This document shows, in pieces, positions 38,501 through 48,000 of a stretch of 64,000 bases of DNA. The stretch covers positions 30,411-94,410 of the forward strand of contig CAYWCR010000002.1 in the NCBI GenBank assembly GCA_964456825.1, given 5' to 3'. The stretch comes from an uncultured Bacteroidales bacterium. Lineage in GTDB: Bacteria; Bacteroidota; Bacteroidia; Bacteroidales; UBA10428. A program made the translations under genes and the position numbers. Under the pieces are notes generated by a model. It saw only the letters and a list, made by a program, of their open reading frames with translations. It searched no databases and had not been told where the DNA came from. Every line of letters begins with the position of its first letter. Positions within the stretch are counted from its first letter, which is position 1.

Positions 38501-38697
38501 TCATAATCGAAACGGATGGCTTTATTGGTTAATCCTTTCTCAACAGACAAGTCAAGATTAACACCATCGGATCGGATAAAAGTCCAGCCCGCTGAGCTTT
38601 CAAATTCATCAAGTGTTTTGGTCTGGGCGCTGATAACGATGGTGGCAAAGGCCAGTATAGCAACTATAGCATTTTTTCTTTTTATAATACATCTCAT
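35512..38697 (-). CDS. Exported multidomain protein: CBM-like beta-sandwich, F5/8 type C (discoidin) domain, and C-terminal (alpha/alpha)6-like putative glycoside hydrolase domain of unassigned family
   Basis: 1061 aa. Signal peptide AILAFATIVISAQT. Discoidin-like block (CWQSHG...IIIDF...FGGLQIRW...KYVKISL). RSYERSWIRDGALTSSALL resembles the Y..W.RD motif of GH15-type six-hairpin enzymes. Confidence 0.5.
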   Translation of the reverse strand: MRCIIKRKNAIVAILAFATIVISAQTKTLDEFESSAGWTFIRSDGVNLDLSVEKGLTNKAIRFDYDFTKGTGYGGIQKLFPIDLPDNFEFTFDVKAESPANNFEIKFIDSTGNNVWWVNNRNFIFPSNWKKIRIKKRHISFAWGPATDQSLKRIDRIEFTVASWVGGKGTLWIDNLKFEELPPETQSYPDPAIKASSFLKHHPPDLMADHSDETCWQSHGVKVQDIIIDFRSRREFGGLQIRWLKDYYAKSFDILLSDDSKTWDKVYSVQANKSNFSFIRLPEAEAKYVKISLTESCSEKGFGIAEMKWLNVNNSLTQNDFLIYAAKHSPAGNYPRYFSEQASFWTITGVNNDVKEALINEDGMVEVDKALFSIEPMIKTGDSLIHWNNVKSVQSMGTPEYGNEFSFVPAVTWQCDDFEFTISVISGGEANANSKLNIGYTFKNLADRRIDFEFYLLIRPFQVNPTYQFLNLSGGVGKIHSIKEEDGKFLLVDDKMVLPQRKYDAFGAGNFDQGNLVDLLRSGNIPRDKMAYDQSGLAQGVMKYSLQLNPDEHTGFFVVVPFYEKKITAAIPVFESSSEECIIATDFWREKVNHIKFNLPESADQIIHTYKSNLVYILINRDNAGIQPGSRSYERSWIRDGALTSSALLKSGIVEEVKDFIDWYTRYQYENGKVPCVVDFRGPDPVPENDSHGELIYLIREYFNFTKDTAFLRSKNNHILMAVGYIESLIAERSTDHFKSGNDSVRSYYGLVTESISHEGYSAKPMHSYWDNFFTMKGLKDATEIQQILGETEAYERLKKIRDTFRENLYSSLQLAMKTRKIDYIPGCVELGDFDATSTTIALTPCNELNNLPKPQVYNTFDKYYEFFLNRRDGKTEWTNYTPYENRLIGSFIMLDQPERAHALMDYFLNDRRPKGWHHWAEVVWKDYRIPRYIGDMPHTWCGSDFINAIRNMFVYENEYDHSLVLASALYQDWIDAQEGMSVENLPTYYGEISYSIKKEFNQYLFSISGDLELPAGGIKIKNFNGSRLPAKVTVNGNEISDFNEKEITVYEFPAVVLISY

Positions 38698-38721
38698 TGC
38701 GATAGGCTATTGTTTTTATCC

Positions 38722-38798
38722 GGGTTGAATGAAGCGAACATCATGCATCAGATCCATAAACCTTGCGCCACAAAGGGTTGAAATAATTGAAGCGAACA
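38722..38798. promoter_or_regulatory. Direct repeat GGGTTGAA-(1 or 6 nt)-GAAGCGAACA, two copies 53 nt apart, upstream of the 1061-aa gene
   Basis: The copies are 38722-38740 and 38775-38798. They lie in the only >100-nt internal gap of the PUL operon body. Confidence 0.35.
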
Positions 38799-38802
38799 GG
38801 TT

Positions 38803-40197
38803 TTATTTCAGGTATCCGAATCCAAGCCTGTTCAAACCTTCCTGGATGACCGGATCTTTCATCACATAATTCCAGACCAGTCCGGTTCTGAAATTTTCTA
38901 TCATGATCAGCATCGGGCCCTGATCAATGCCGATAAAATCATCATTGAACCAGGCAGCCGTTGGATTGAAAGCATCATAATAACCATATTTGCCCCAAAG
39001 CTTGTTACCATACTTCTCATTCATTGATTTAATGGTCGGCAACACTATTTCAGGGGCAAACGGTAATGATGAAATTGATGCGTAAGGTGCAATTGTCCCA
39101 TCATCAAAATAATGGTAACCGGGTCCGCTGGTTCCTCTTCCTGCATAACCCAGAAATTCCTTATCATCATAATTATATTTTGCCGTAGGTCCGTCGCTTG
39201 CCGTTACGCCCCAGCAAAGGGAATCATAGCCAACCCAGTTTTTCGGATTATCGATAGCATATTGTCGCTGGACATAAGTTGCACGGCGTGAGTTTTCAAA
39301 GTAATCAATTCCTTTTTCCTTCATGTAATCATCAGCTATGCCCCTGAAATCTATGAATGCCTGTGAGAACTGATGGCCAAACAACGGTGGGAAAGCCACA
39401 TGTGAAAATCCCTGGTACGGGGTATACCACTTATAGGATTTTAGCCATGACCGGTATCTTTTTTCAGCCTCTTCCATTCCGCTGCCGGCAGCTAAAATAT
39501 AAAGGAACAGGGCTTCGTTATAACCGATCCATCCCATATGATGCAGGCCTTTTTCCGGATCCCAGCCCATGGAAATCGAAAAAGCATATTGACCCGAATC
39601 GGGCATTTCCATAAAATCCCAGTCAATTCTTTCCAGGATTTTACCGGCCAATGCGCGTATACGCTTTTCTGTGCTGTTATCGAGATGGTAGTAATTTCTC
39701 GCAAAGATAATCCCCATCATAAGCAGGCCCGTATCCACAGAAGAGAGCTCACAATTCCATTCACGCGTGCCGGAATCCATTTTCAGAAAATGATAATAAA
39801 ATCCTTTGTAGCCTGTCACATTATTATCAGGACTTTGAACCGAAGTGAGAAAAAAATTCAGGATATTAAGCGTTATCTGCGCGGCCTGCTCACGGGTTAT
39901 CCAGTTTCTTTCAACGCCGATGGCAAAGGATGGGATGCCAAAACCGGTTGATGCAATGCTGGCAGGAGCCCAGTCTGCAGTACGGTCTTTTACAATTCCC
40001 TTTTCGGGATGATGTTCATTCAGAAAGAAAAGAAAAGTCTTGTGCTGAATGGAGTCAAGCATGGCTCCTTCGTCTGCGGTCAAGGGGTAAATAATCTTGC
40101 CATTAGATCTGAATTCAATCTTTTGTGGTTGCTCACAGACAGCCGATGTAAAAATTTCAACTGCAATGATTAACCCTATATAACAATAATTCCTCAT
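38803..40197 (-). CDS. GH144-like (PF10091 putative glucoamylase/DUF3131) enzyme, candidate periplasmic endo-beta-1,2-glucanase
   Basis: 464 aa with an N-terminal signal. Family-like motifs WGKYGYYDAFNP and IGIDQGPMLIMIENFRTGLVW. Paralogous to the catalytic part of the adjacent gene. Confidence 0.6.
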   Translation of the reverse strand: MRNYCYIGLIIAVEIFTSAVCEQPQKIEFRSNGKIIYPLTADEGAMLDSIQHKTFLFFLNEHHPEKGIVKDRTADWAPASIASTGFGIPSFAIGVERNWITREQAAQITLNILNFFLTSVQSPDNNVTGYKGFYYHFLKMDSGTREWNCELSSVDTGLLMMGIIFARNYYHLDNSTEKRIRALAGKILERIDWDFMEMPDSGQYAFSISMGWDPEKGLHHMGWIGYNEALFLYILAAGSGMEEAEKRYRSWLKSYKWYTPYQGFSHVAFPPLFGHQFSQAFIDFRGIADDYMKEKGIDYFENSRRATYVQRQYAIDNPKNWVGYDSLCWGVTASDGPTAKYNYDDKEFLGYAGRGTSGPGYHYFDDGTIAPYASISSLPFAPEIVLPTIKSMNEKYGNKLWGKYGYYDAFNPTAAWFNDDFIGIDQGPMLIMIENFRTGLVWNYVMKDPVIQEGLNRLGFGYLK

Positions 40198-40203
40198 GTA
40201 TTT

Positions 40204-42183
40204 TCAATAGGTAAATCCCAGTTTATCCAGTCCCTGCCCTATTTCGGGGCATGACATAAACAAATCCCAGAGAAGGCCGGAGCGGTAATTTTCAATCATA
40301 CAGATTATGGGCCCCTGGTCAATGGCCAGGTATGAGTCGGCCCACCATTGCTCGGTGACATTATAAGCATCATAAAAACCATATTCACCCCAAAGCTTGT
40401 CTCCCAGCAGATAATAAAAATAGCGGATGGCATTCATCGATGGTTCCGGTGTATAGGGCAAGGCAGAAACCGCAGCTGTCGGTGTAATAACACCCAGGTC
40501 ATGGGTCGGGGAATGAGCACTGTATCCCTCATGATTGTCACTGGCAGTCAATCCCCATGATGCGCTGCTGTATCCGGCATAATCTTTGGGATTATCGGCA
40601 CAATAAGCCCAGTTTATGAGGGTATGATTAACATTTTGCTCCCAGTAATTGGCATATTTATCGCTCAGGTTCCTCGGATCAAGACCCAGAAAAGAATAAT
40701 GGGTGAAGAATAAAGGACCGCCATAATCAGAACCCAGCGGAAGCTTGTATCCGTAAAATGATTTGCCGTTCACAATTCCGCCGTTCCGGGCATATCCATT
40801 GTGATATACCGATGCAGCAATACCATGGGATGCCGATGAAGCGGCAAGAATATAGGTTATCAGGGTTTCATTATAACCCCGTATCTCCATGTTTATATCC
40901 CAGTTATAAACAGGTGACCAATGCCAGTATAGAACATCCTGCCCACGGGTATACCAGTCGAATTCAACAGTATTGTAAAGTGAATTGATTTCCCCGATCA
41001 GATCTTTTTCTGTTAAGACCGTTGAATCAAGATATTGTCTCATGGTCAGCAATCCTTCCAGCATAAAGGCCGTTTCAACCAGGTCGCCTCCATCATCTTT
41101 GGTACCGAAGGGAATTGTGTTTCCTGAATTGCCATCAAGCCAGTGCGGCCATGCACCGTGAAACCGGTCGCAGGTTCTGAGAAAGTCAAGGATCTTATCA
41201 AGTTGTGCAAGGCCTTCAGCACGCAATATAAAATTCCTCTCCATCCCGATGATAAGGGCCATGATGCCAAAACCGGACCCTCCTGTTGTAACAATATCTC
41301 CGGAGCTGTTTCTTTCCCTTGTCAACCCAGCGGCAGGATGTGCAAAATCATAAAAATACCTGAAAGTGTGTTCCTGGACCAAATCCAGTAATTGTTCATC
41401 GGTTATTTCGGGAAATTTATAGGTCGAGTCAATGCTTGTATAAAAGGAATTAAAGAATCCTTCAAAGGAGAAACCGGTCCTGGAGGTCAGGCTGGGTGAA
41501 ACAGTAAAAAAATAACGGGTAAATCCTGCCAGTTCATCATTATTCGTAAGGATCACCGACTTGTTGTCAGTCAGCAGTGAATACGAAAGCGACAGGTCAC
41601 CGGATAACCGAATGAAAGACTGATAGGTTGATGCATCCAGTTCTTCTGAAAAAGAAATGCTGATGGTTATCTTTTTACGGTCAATATCAACCATTCTGCC
41701 ATCGGTGGAAAAATCCTTTCCATTGATAGTAATGCCGGTTATTTTCATCGTCCCGTTGACGGTTGTAAAAGAATATTCCACTCCGGCAAAGGCCTCCTTA
41801 TTCGCTCCCTTTATCCGGTCCGTTATCTGCAGGGTAAAACCGGTGAAAAAGCTGAGGTTCTGATAAGGCTGAAGGACGATCGTTTCAAAATTATCCATAT
41901 AGGTTATGGCAATCGGGATGACGTTATTGCCGGAAACCGCAAGCAGGATATTGTCTCTGACAGCATTTGTATCCAATGGATTACTGAACGAGATCACGAT
42001 GTTTTTATTAACCGCCACATCCATATTAGGCCCCTGAACCGTAAGGTATTGTGTGCCTATTTTTGTGCTTACCAACTGAAGATTCCCATGGGTTGTTCCA
42101 TTGTCAGGGTCATCTTTTTCACAGCTGATGGCAGACAAAAGACAGGCAAAAACACCTAATATGAGAATCTTGTATCGTTCCAT
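40204..42183 (-). CDS. Lipoprotein with N-terminal Ig-like domains fused to a GH144-like catalytic domain, candidate surface endo-beta-1,2-glucanase
   Basis: 659 aa. Lipobox with acidic post-Cys residues (LLSAISCEKDDPD). The C-terminal ~420 aa align with the neighbouring GH144-like protein (WGEYGFYDAYN, LAIDQGPIICMIENYRSGLLW). Confidence 0.6.
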   Translation of the reverse strand: MERYKILILGVFACLLSAISCEKDDPDNGTTHGNLQLVSTKIGTQYLTVQGPNMDVAVNKNIVISFSNPLDTNAVRDNILLAVSGNNVIPIAITYMDNFETIVLQPYQNLSFFTGFTLQITDRIKGANKEAFAGVEYSFTTVNGTMKITGITINGKDFSTDGRMVDIDRKKITISISFSEELDASTYQSFIRLSGDLSLSYSLLTDNKSVILTNNDELAGFTRYFFTVSPSLTSRTGFSFEGFFNSFYTSIDSTYKFPEITDEQLLDLVQEHTFRYFYDFAHPAAGLTRERNSSGDIVTTGGSGFGIMALIIGMERNFILRAEGLAQLDKILDFLRTCDRFHGAWPHWLDGNSGNTIPFGTKDDGGDLVETAFMLEGLLTMRQYLDSTVLTEKDLIGEINSLYNTVEFDWYTRGQDVLYWHWSPVYNWDINMEIRGYNETLITYILAASSASHGIAASVYHNGYARNGGIVNGKSFYGYKLPLGSDYGGPLFFTHYSFLGLDPRNLSDKYANYWEQNVNHTLINWAYCADNPKDYAGYSSASWGLTASDNHEGYSAHSPTHDLGVITPTAAVSALPYTPEPSMNAIRYFYYLLGDKLWGEYGFYDAYNVTEQWWADSYLAIDQGPIICMIENYRSGLLWDLFMSCPEIGQGLDKLGFTY

Positions 42184-42211
42184 CCCAATAAGTGATATTG
42201 CAATTAAAAAG

Positions 42212-42242
42212 AGTGGATTCCCGGAAAACCGTGGAATCCACT
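42212..42242 (-). terminator. Intra-operon hairpin AGTGGATTCC-11 nt-GGAATCCACT followed (minus strand) by CTTTTT
   Basis: Perfect 10-bp stem located 24 nt after the stop of the LamG lipoprotein gene and before the GH144-lipoprotein gene. Confidence 0.5.
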
Positions 42243-42265
42243 ACAGCTATTATTAACCAATGGAA

Positions 42266-43501
42266 TTATTGCTTCCCTGAATTGTACATCAACAATACCT
42301 CATTAGCAGCAATGACTTTATGATATATAATTACATCGTCCAGCAATCCTTTGAAATGACTGTTGGCCGGATCGGCAGGATCAGCCCATGCGTCAGATAT
42401 GGTACGATTCTTACTGCCCTGAATAAAACCAATAGCAAGTTGATTTCCAGCCGCATTGCCATTGTATTTCAAACCTACAACACCTCTTTTGGCTTCTCCT
42501 TCAGGCCATAGGTTGAAATCCTGTGACTTCATTATTTCTCCGTTTATATACATGGTACCCACTTTGGAAGCGCTGTTGTATACGCAGACGATATGGGCCC
42601 ATTTATCCTTAATAATGGATTCCAGTCCGCCTGAACCCGTCAGGTCCTTGCAGTATGTCCAGCCCTGCCATCCAAGATCTCCATTGGCGGGGAACCAAAG
42701 ATCTTCTGAAGCAGAAGTGCCATCTCCCAGATCGTATTGTGCAGCAAGTTTGCAGGCATCATAGGCGCCATATATTTCAAACTGAAATCCGTTCCATCCG
42801 GCCAGGCCCATAACAAAATGGCCTGATGTTTTGTCCGCTGAATTGGTTTTCACCCAGAAACTCAGGGTAAAATCATGCGTATTCATCAACTGATCGCCGT
42901 TGGGTACTTCAATGATGGTGGTGGTTCCGTTGAATGAGGCAGCCTGTCCTGCAGCCGCATTGTGTGAAGCAACATAGGTAACATCAACAATATCTGCAGT
43001 AGCCGGGTCAAAATCACCCACCACATCGTTTGCATTATTCTCAAATGAAAAATAGGCGATGGCACCTGATGGCGCAAAGGTCCCCTCTGTTGTAAACGAG
43101 CGGTTAACTGTGGCAAGCGCTTCTCCCTCAGAGGATAACAGACCTGCACCTAAATCCAGGACATACAAGGTTCCGGTTCCCAGGTATTCATTCGGTATCA
43201 GGGTAATGGTATTCCCTGAAACCTGGATATCCATGGGGATGTCAGTATCATCATAATCCTGTGTAAGGGTTATGTTACTGCTGGTAGCAGTTGCTGCATC
43301 CACACCGGTCGAGAATGTGATGGTAATGGAAGTGTTAACCGGAACACCTGTAGGTGCCGTTGCTGCGTTAAGATCGATTGCCCCTGCGACTATTGTTTTA
43401 AGCGTCAGGGGAGTTGGTTCATCCTCTTTACAACTGTTCATGGTAAGCACAAGAACAGTGGAGCCAATCAACAAGCTGAATAATAATTGTTTCATTTTCA
43501 T
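42266..43501 (-). CDS. Surface lipoprotein with Ig-like and LamG/concanavalin-like domains (candidate surface glycan-binding protein)
   Basis: 411 aa. Lipobox LTMNSCKEDEP. It sits immediately after susD, the usual SGBP slot. LamG-like segment (TLSFWVK...WAHIVCVY...MYINGE...LDDVIIYHKV). Confidence 0.6.
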   Translation of the reverse strand: MKMKQLLFSLLIGSTVLVLTMNSCKEDEPTPLTLKTIVAGAIDLNAATAPTGVPVNTSITITFSTGVDAATATSSNITLTQDYDDTDIPMDIQVSGNTITLIPNEYLGTGTLYVLDLGAGLLSSEGEALATVNRSFTTEGTFAPSGAIAYFSFENNANDVVGDFDPATADIVDVTYVASHNAAAGQAASFNGTTTIIEVPNGDQLMNTHDFTLSFWVKTNSADKTSGHFVMGLAGWNGFQFEIYGAYDACKLAAQYDLGDGTSASEDLWFPANGDLGWQGWTYCKDLTGSGGLESIIKDKWAHIVCVYNSASKVGTMYINGEIMKSQDFNLWPEGEAKRGVVGLKYNGNAAGNQLAIGFIQGSKNRTISDAWADPADPANSHFKGLLDDVIIYHKVIAANEVLLMYNSGKQ

Positions 43502-43538
43502 GACGTAAAGTATTTAAAATTAAACAAATAAGATATTT

Positions 43539-45029
43539 TCATTCCCAATTCGGATTTTGTGTCAAAGTACCCTGTGATATATCAATTTCATTCTGCGGAA
43601 CGGGCAGCCATTCATTTTTCCCTGTCACAAAGCCAAGCGGGCCAAGCACAACAGGGGCCTTTCCTGTTCTCACCAGATCCCAGAACCTGTGGCCTTCCAT
43701 GGCCATTTCACTCCTTCTTTCCCTGATGATAATATCACGGAGAGCATCCTTACCGGTCTCGGTAATATCAGGCAGGATTGAAGTATTTCCCTGTCTTGCC
43801 CTTTCCCTTACAAGGTTGAGATATAGCAGGGCCTGCCCGGACTTATTATTTTCGTTAAGTGCTTCCGCTGCCATCAGCAACACATCGGCATATCTGATCA
43901 GCCTGCGGTTATGAGCGTACTGGGTGATGGTATTATCTCCCGGTACCCAGACTTTCTGATTGTAACATTCAACTTCAATTATATTGTCCCCATTATCCCT
44001 GGTTTCATCCGGCGTGGTGCCATCACCCTTTATTTCAATGCCATCCAGTATTTCGCCCAGGTCTATAATGGTCGCCTCCAGCCGGGGATCACCCGTTTCA
44101 AATGAATTTCTCAGGTCAAGTGTAGGCCTGTTAAACCCCCAGCCCCGGTTTGGAGAGCCTCTTACACCCTGGGTATTTGCATATTGATTCCCCGGTCCAT
44201 CGCCACCTTCAACGCCCAAAGCTCCGATCTCCAATACCGATTCTATTCCCTGTTCCCCGTTTATTCCATTGGCATCTGCATAAACCGGTTCCAGATCGTA
44301 TTCTTCCGAAGCAATAACTTCCAGTGCATATTTTTCCGCATTGGTAAAGTCCTGCTGAAATAAAAAGACCTTTGCCAGTAAGGCTTTTGCGGCTCCTTTC
44401 GTAGCGCGGCCATAATCCGTGAGGGGTTGCACACTTTTTTCCACCAGGTGATCAACGGCAACCAACAGATCTTCTTCGATCAGGCTGTAAATCTCCTCCT
44501 TTGACGAACGCACAAGTTTCAGCGGCGGCGTGATGGTCGTTACCTTTGGAACATCCCCCCAGGCCCTGACAAGGTCGAAATAGAACAATCCCCGTAAAAA
44601 GCGTGCTTCTCCGATGTATCGGTTTTTTAATTCTGTATCCATTTCGATGTCCGGGACTTTTTCTATAACCACATTAGCCCGTTTGATACCCAGGTAAAGG
44701 GTCGCCCACCATCGATCAAGACCATCCTGTGTGGTTGTAATGTCGAAATTATCATAGGCGCCGATGGTGGCAATCTGGTCGTTGGGATTACTTCCCTTTA
44801 TGGCATCATCTGACATGATATCCAGTATGGGATATCCTCCTGAGTGATAATGCCATTCCCGCAGCGTTGAATAAACGGCATTGGTTGCCAGCAGTGCATC
44901 TTCCTCGGTAACAGGGAAGGTAGCCTGGGTAAGTTCTCCCTGCAGGTTTTTATCCAGGAAATCTTCACATCCCGCAAGCGTCAATGCTGCGAGCACACAT
45001 GTATTTATAATTGAATTGGAGGTTTTCAT
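43539..45029 (-). CDS. susD: SusD/RagB family nutrient-binding outer-membrane lipoprotein
   Basis: 496 aa. LTLAGCEDFLDK lipobox/start typical of SusD. TPR-like helical content. Located 5 nt downstream of susC. Confidence 0.9.
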   Translation of the reverse strand: MKTSNSIINTCVLAALTLAGCEDFLDKNLQGELTQATFPVTEEDALLATNAVYSTLREWHYHSGGYPILDIMSDDAIKGSNPNDQIATIGAYDNFDITTTQDGLDRWWATLYLGIKRANVVIEKVPDIEMDTELKNRYIGEARFLRGLFYFDLVRAWGDVPKVTTITPPLKLVRSSKEEIYSLIEEDLLVAVDHLVEKSVQPLTDYGRATKGAAKALLAKVFLFQQDFTNAEKYALEVIASEEYDLEPVYADANGINGEQGIESVLEIGALGVEGGDGPGNQYANTQGVRGSPNRGWGFNRPTLDLRNSFETGDPRLEATIIDLGEILDGIEIKGDGTTPDETRDNGDNIIEVECYNQKVWVPGDNTITQYAHNRRLIRYADVLLMAAEALNENNKSGQALLYLNLVRERARQGNTSILPDITETGKDALRDIIIRERRSEMAMEGHRFWDLVRTGKAPVVLGPLGFVTGKNEWLPVPQNEIDISQGTLTQNPNWE

Positions 45030-45034
45030 ACGGC

Positions 45035-48000
45035 TTAGAATGTTACGTTTAAACCAAAAGAATACACGGACGTAATGGGATAGATCCCGTTATCGATGCC
45101 GTTTGACAGGACATCATCACTTCCAATTTCCGGGGCATAGCCTGTGAACCTGGTAAATGTCAGAAGATTTGTTCCTTTGATGTATATTCTGATATTCCGG
45201 GTAAACAGTTTTTCGCCGACAGAAGCCGGCAGGGTATAACCCAGTGTTACATTGCGCAATCGCAGAAAGGAGCCATTTTGAATAAACCTGTCAGAAGGAG
45301 TATAGTTATATCCGCCCCAGGAAGGACGGGGTTCCGTATCGCTGGTGCCAGGGCCTGTCCACCGGTCCATTACATGTTGCTCAAAATTATAAGGATCAGG
45401 CCTGACGGCTTCTTTTCCATTGAAAATTTTATTGCCGGTCTGGCCTTGAAAATCAAATGAAAAATCAAATCCGGCATATTCCATCTCAGCATTGAATCCA
45501 AATATAAAAGTTGGAATCGAAGATCCGATATATGTCCGGTCACTTCCGCTGATAATTTTATCCTTGTTGACATCCACAAACCTTAAATCACCTGGTTCGG
45601 CCTGTGATGTATGCGGATAGGCGTCCAGATCTTCCTGCCGCTGGAAGATACCATCGGTCTCATAGCCATAAAAGGCACCGATGGGAAGGCCCACACGGCT
45701 CTGGGTAACCGGTATCCCGTTCCCGAGATAACCGCCAAGAAGCACGGAATCAATACCGCTGTTACCGCCTATTTCCAGCACCTCATTATGAACCGTTGAA
45801 CCATTTACCCCCAGGTTATAGATAAAATCTGATGCCCTTCCTTTGTAACTCAGCATGAATTCCATACCCCGGTTCAAAACCGATGCGGCATTATATCTGA
45901 TCTTCTGCCCCTGTCCATTCCCAAGGTATCCCGGAGTTGAAAGCTGTACCAGTATATCATCGGTAACACGCCGGTAATAGTCAAATTCTGCGGTCAGCTT
46001 GTTTTCAAATACACCCACTTCAAGTCCGATATCCGTTTGCTTTGTATTTTCCCATGTCAGATCAGGATTCCCGCTTACGCCATAGGATACAGCCGGATTT
46101 GAGGCTTCAGCCTGACCGAATACAGCAAGCAGATCCTTTGTTCTGGCAAACCTGTCATAGAACTGAATTTTTTCGTTTCCGATCATACCCCAGCTCCCCC
46201 GGAGTTTCAGTTTTGAGATCACCCCTATATTTTGCATGAAGTTTTCTTCAGAGATGTTCCATCCTGCAGCAAAGGAGGGGAAATTTGAGAACCTTTTATC
46301 ACTGATGAATTTGGAGGAACCATCCCTGCGGAAGGTGAAAGTAAGGATATACCTGTTCCCGTATGTATAGTTGGCCCTGAACAAATAGGATATCATGCTG
46401 TAGTAATAGCTGGGATCAACTTCGTTCTTAATATCCTTGAGGGTATTGATATTCGGATCACTGTATATGTTAACATCCTTTATATACCATAAGTCCTCAC
46501 CATCCCTGAGCAGGTTTTCCCCATGGATTCTAAATTGCTCTGAAGTCGTATTTTGCATGGTATATCCAATTACTGCGTCCAGCGAATGCTTATTGAACGT
46601 TTTGTTGAAATTCAGGGTATTTTCCCATAACCAGGTCAGATAAGTATTATTCTCCTTATACAGGTCACTGTAAATATTTTGCTGTTGCGAAGGTGTTCCG
46701 TCAGGATAATAAATAAGGTAAGCCGGAGTGAATTTCTCAACCTTGGTCAGATTTGAAACAACACCAAAACTGGATTTTATGGTGAAGGCTTTAGCAATGC
46801 TGCCTTCGACGAATACATTTCCGACACCTCGTACACCCCTGTTGAAATCATTGGAATATTCCAGATCAGCCAGGGCATTACCAACATTGTAAACACCCGA
46901 AAAACTGCCATCCGGGAAATAAGGCTCTAACAGAGGTTGTGCACGATATGCTGAATAAGTAACATTGGGAGCATTTTGCTGTTTATAGGGTGCAAGGGTA
47001 ATGTTATTCCCAAGCTTCAAAAAGGATGCGAGATTATAAACATTATTAAGTTTTATGGTGATTCTCTCATAGTTTGACTTATCAATAATTCCTTTCTGGT
47101 TGATATAACCTATTGCAAAGTAATATTGAGAACGATCCGTTGCTCCTGATGCCGAGAACTGATGAGATTGCATGGGCGCTGTATGGAATACCAGGTCCTG
47201 CCAGTCGGTATTGGGTACCAGATCAACATTATTGTAACTTCCGGCCCTTATTTCGTTTGCGATGGTAGCAAATTCCTTTCCGTCCAGCAGATCGATCTTT
47301 TTTGCCAGTTTCTGTATACTAACCTCACCGGAGTAACTTATGGCAGGTTTCGCATCTCCTATCTTTCCGGATTTAGTCGTTATGATGATCACACCGTTGG
47401 CTCCCCTGGATCCGTATATGGCAGTGGCTGATGCATCCTTGAGTATCTCCATCGATTCTATATCCGCCGAGTTAAGAAAGGATATGTTGTCCAGGATCAG
47501 GCCATCAACTACAAAAATGGGAGAGGAGTTGTTAAAGGTGCCTACACCCCTGATCCGGATCACCGGTATGGCACCGGGGGCCCCTGATGTATTGGTAACC
47601 TGTACTCCGGCAGCTTTGCCCATAAGACTCTGTTCGGGACTAATAGAGGTAATCTTGGTAATATCCTTAGCCTTTACGGAGCTCACAGAACCTGTAAGGT
47701 CACTCTTTTTTACGGTTCCATAGCCAATCACCACGATCTGGTCAAGCTGCACGGATTCCTGTTCCAGCACGACATCTATTACCGTTTGGGAACCTATGCT
47801 GACCTCTTTTGGATTGTATCCGATAAAAGAGAAGAAGAGAACGGAATCAGCCGGTCCGACAACAATTGAATAGTTGCCATCAAAATCAGTCACTGCTCCC
47901 TTTGTGGTTCCTTTAATAAGAATGTTTACACCGGGCAGGGTTTCATTATTATCCGAAGATACAATCCTCCCGGTGATGGTTCTTTCCTGGGCATAGGAAA

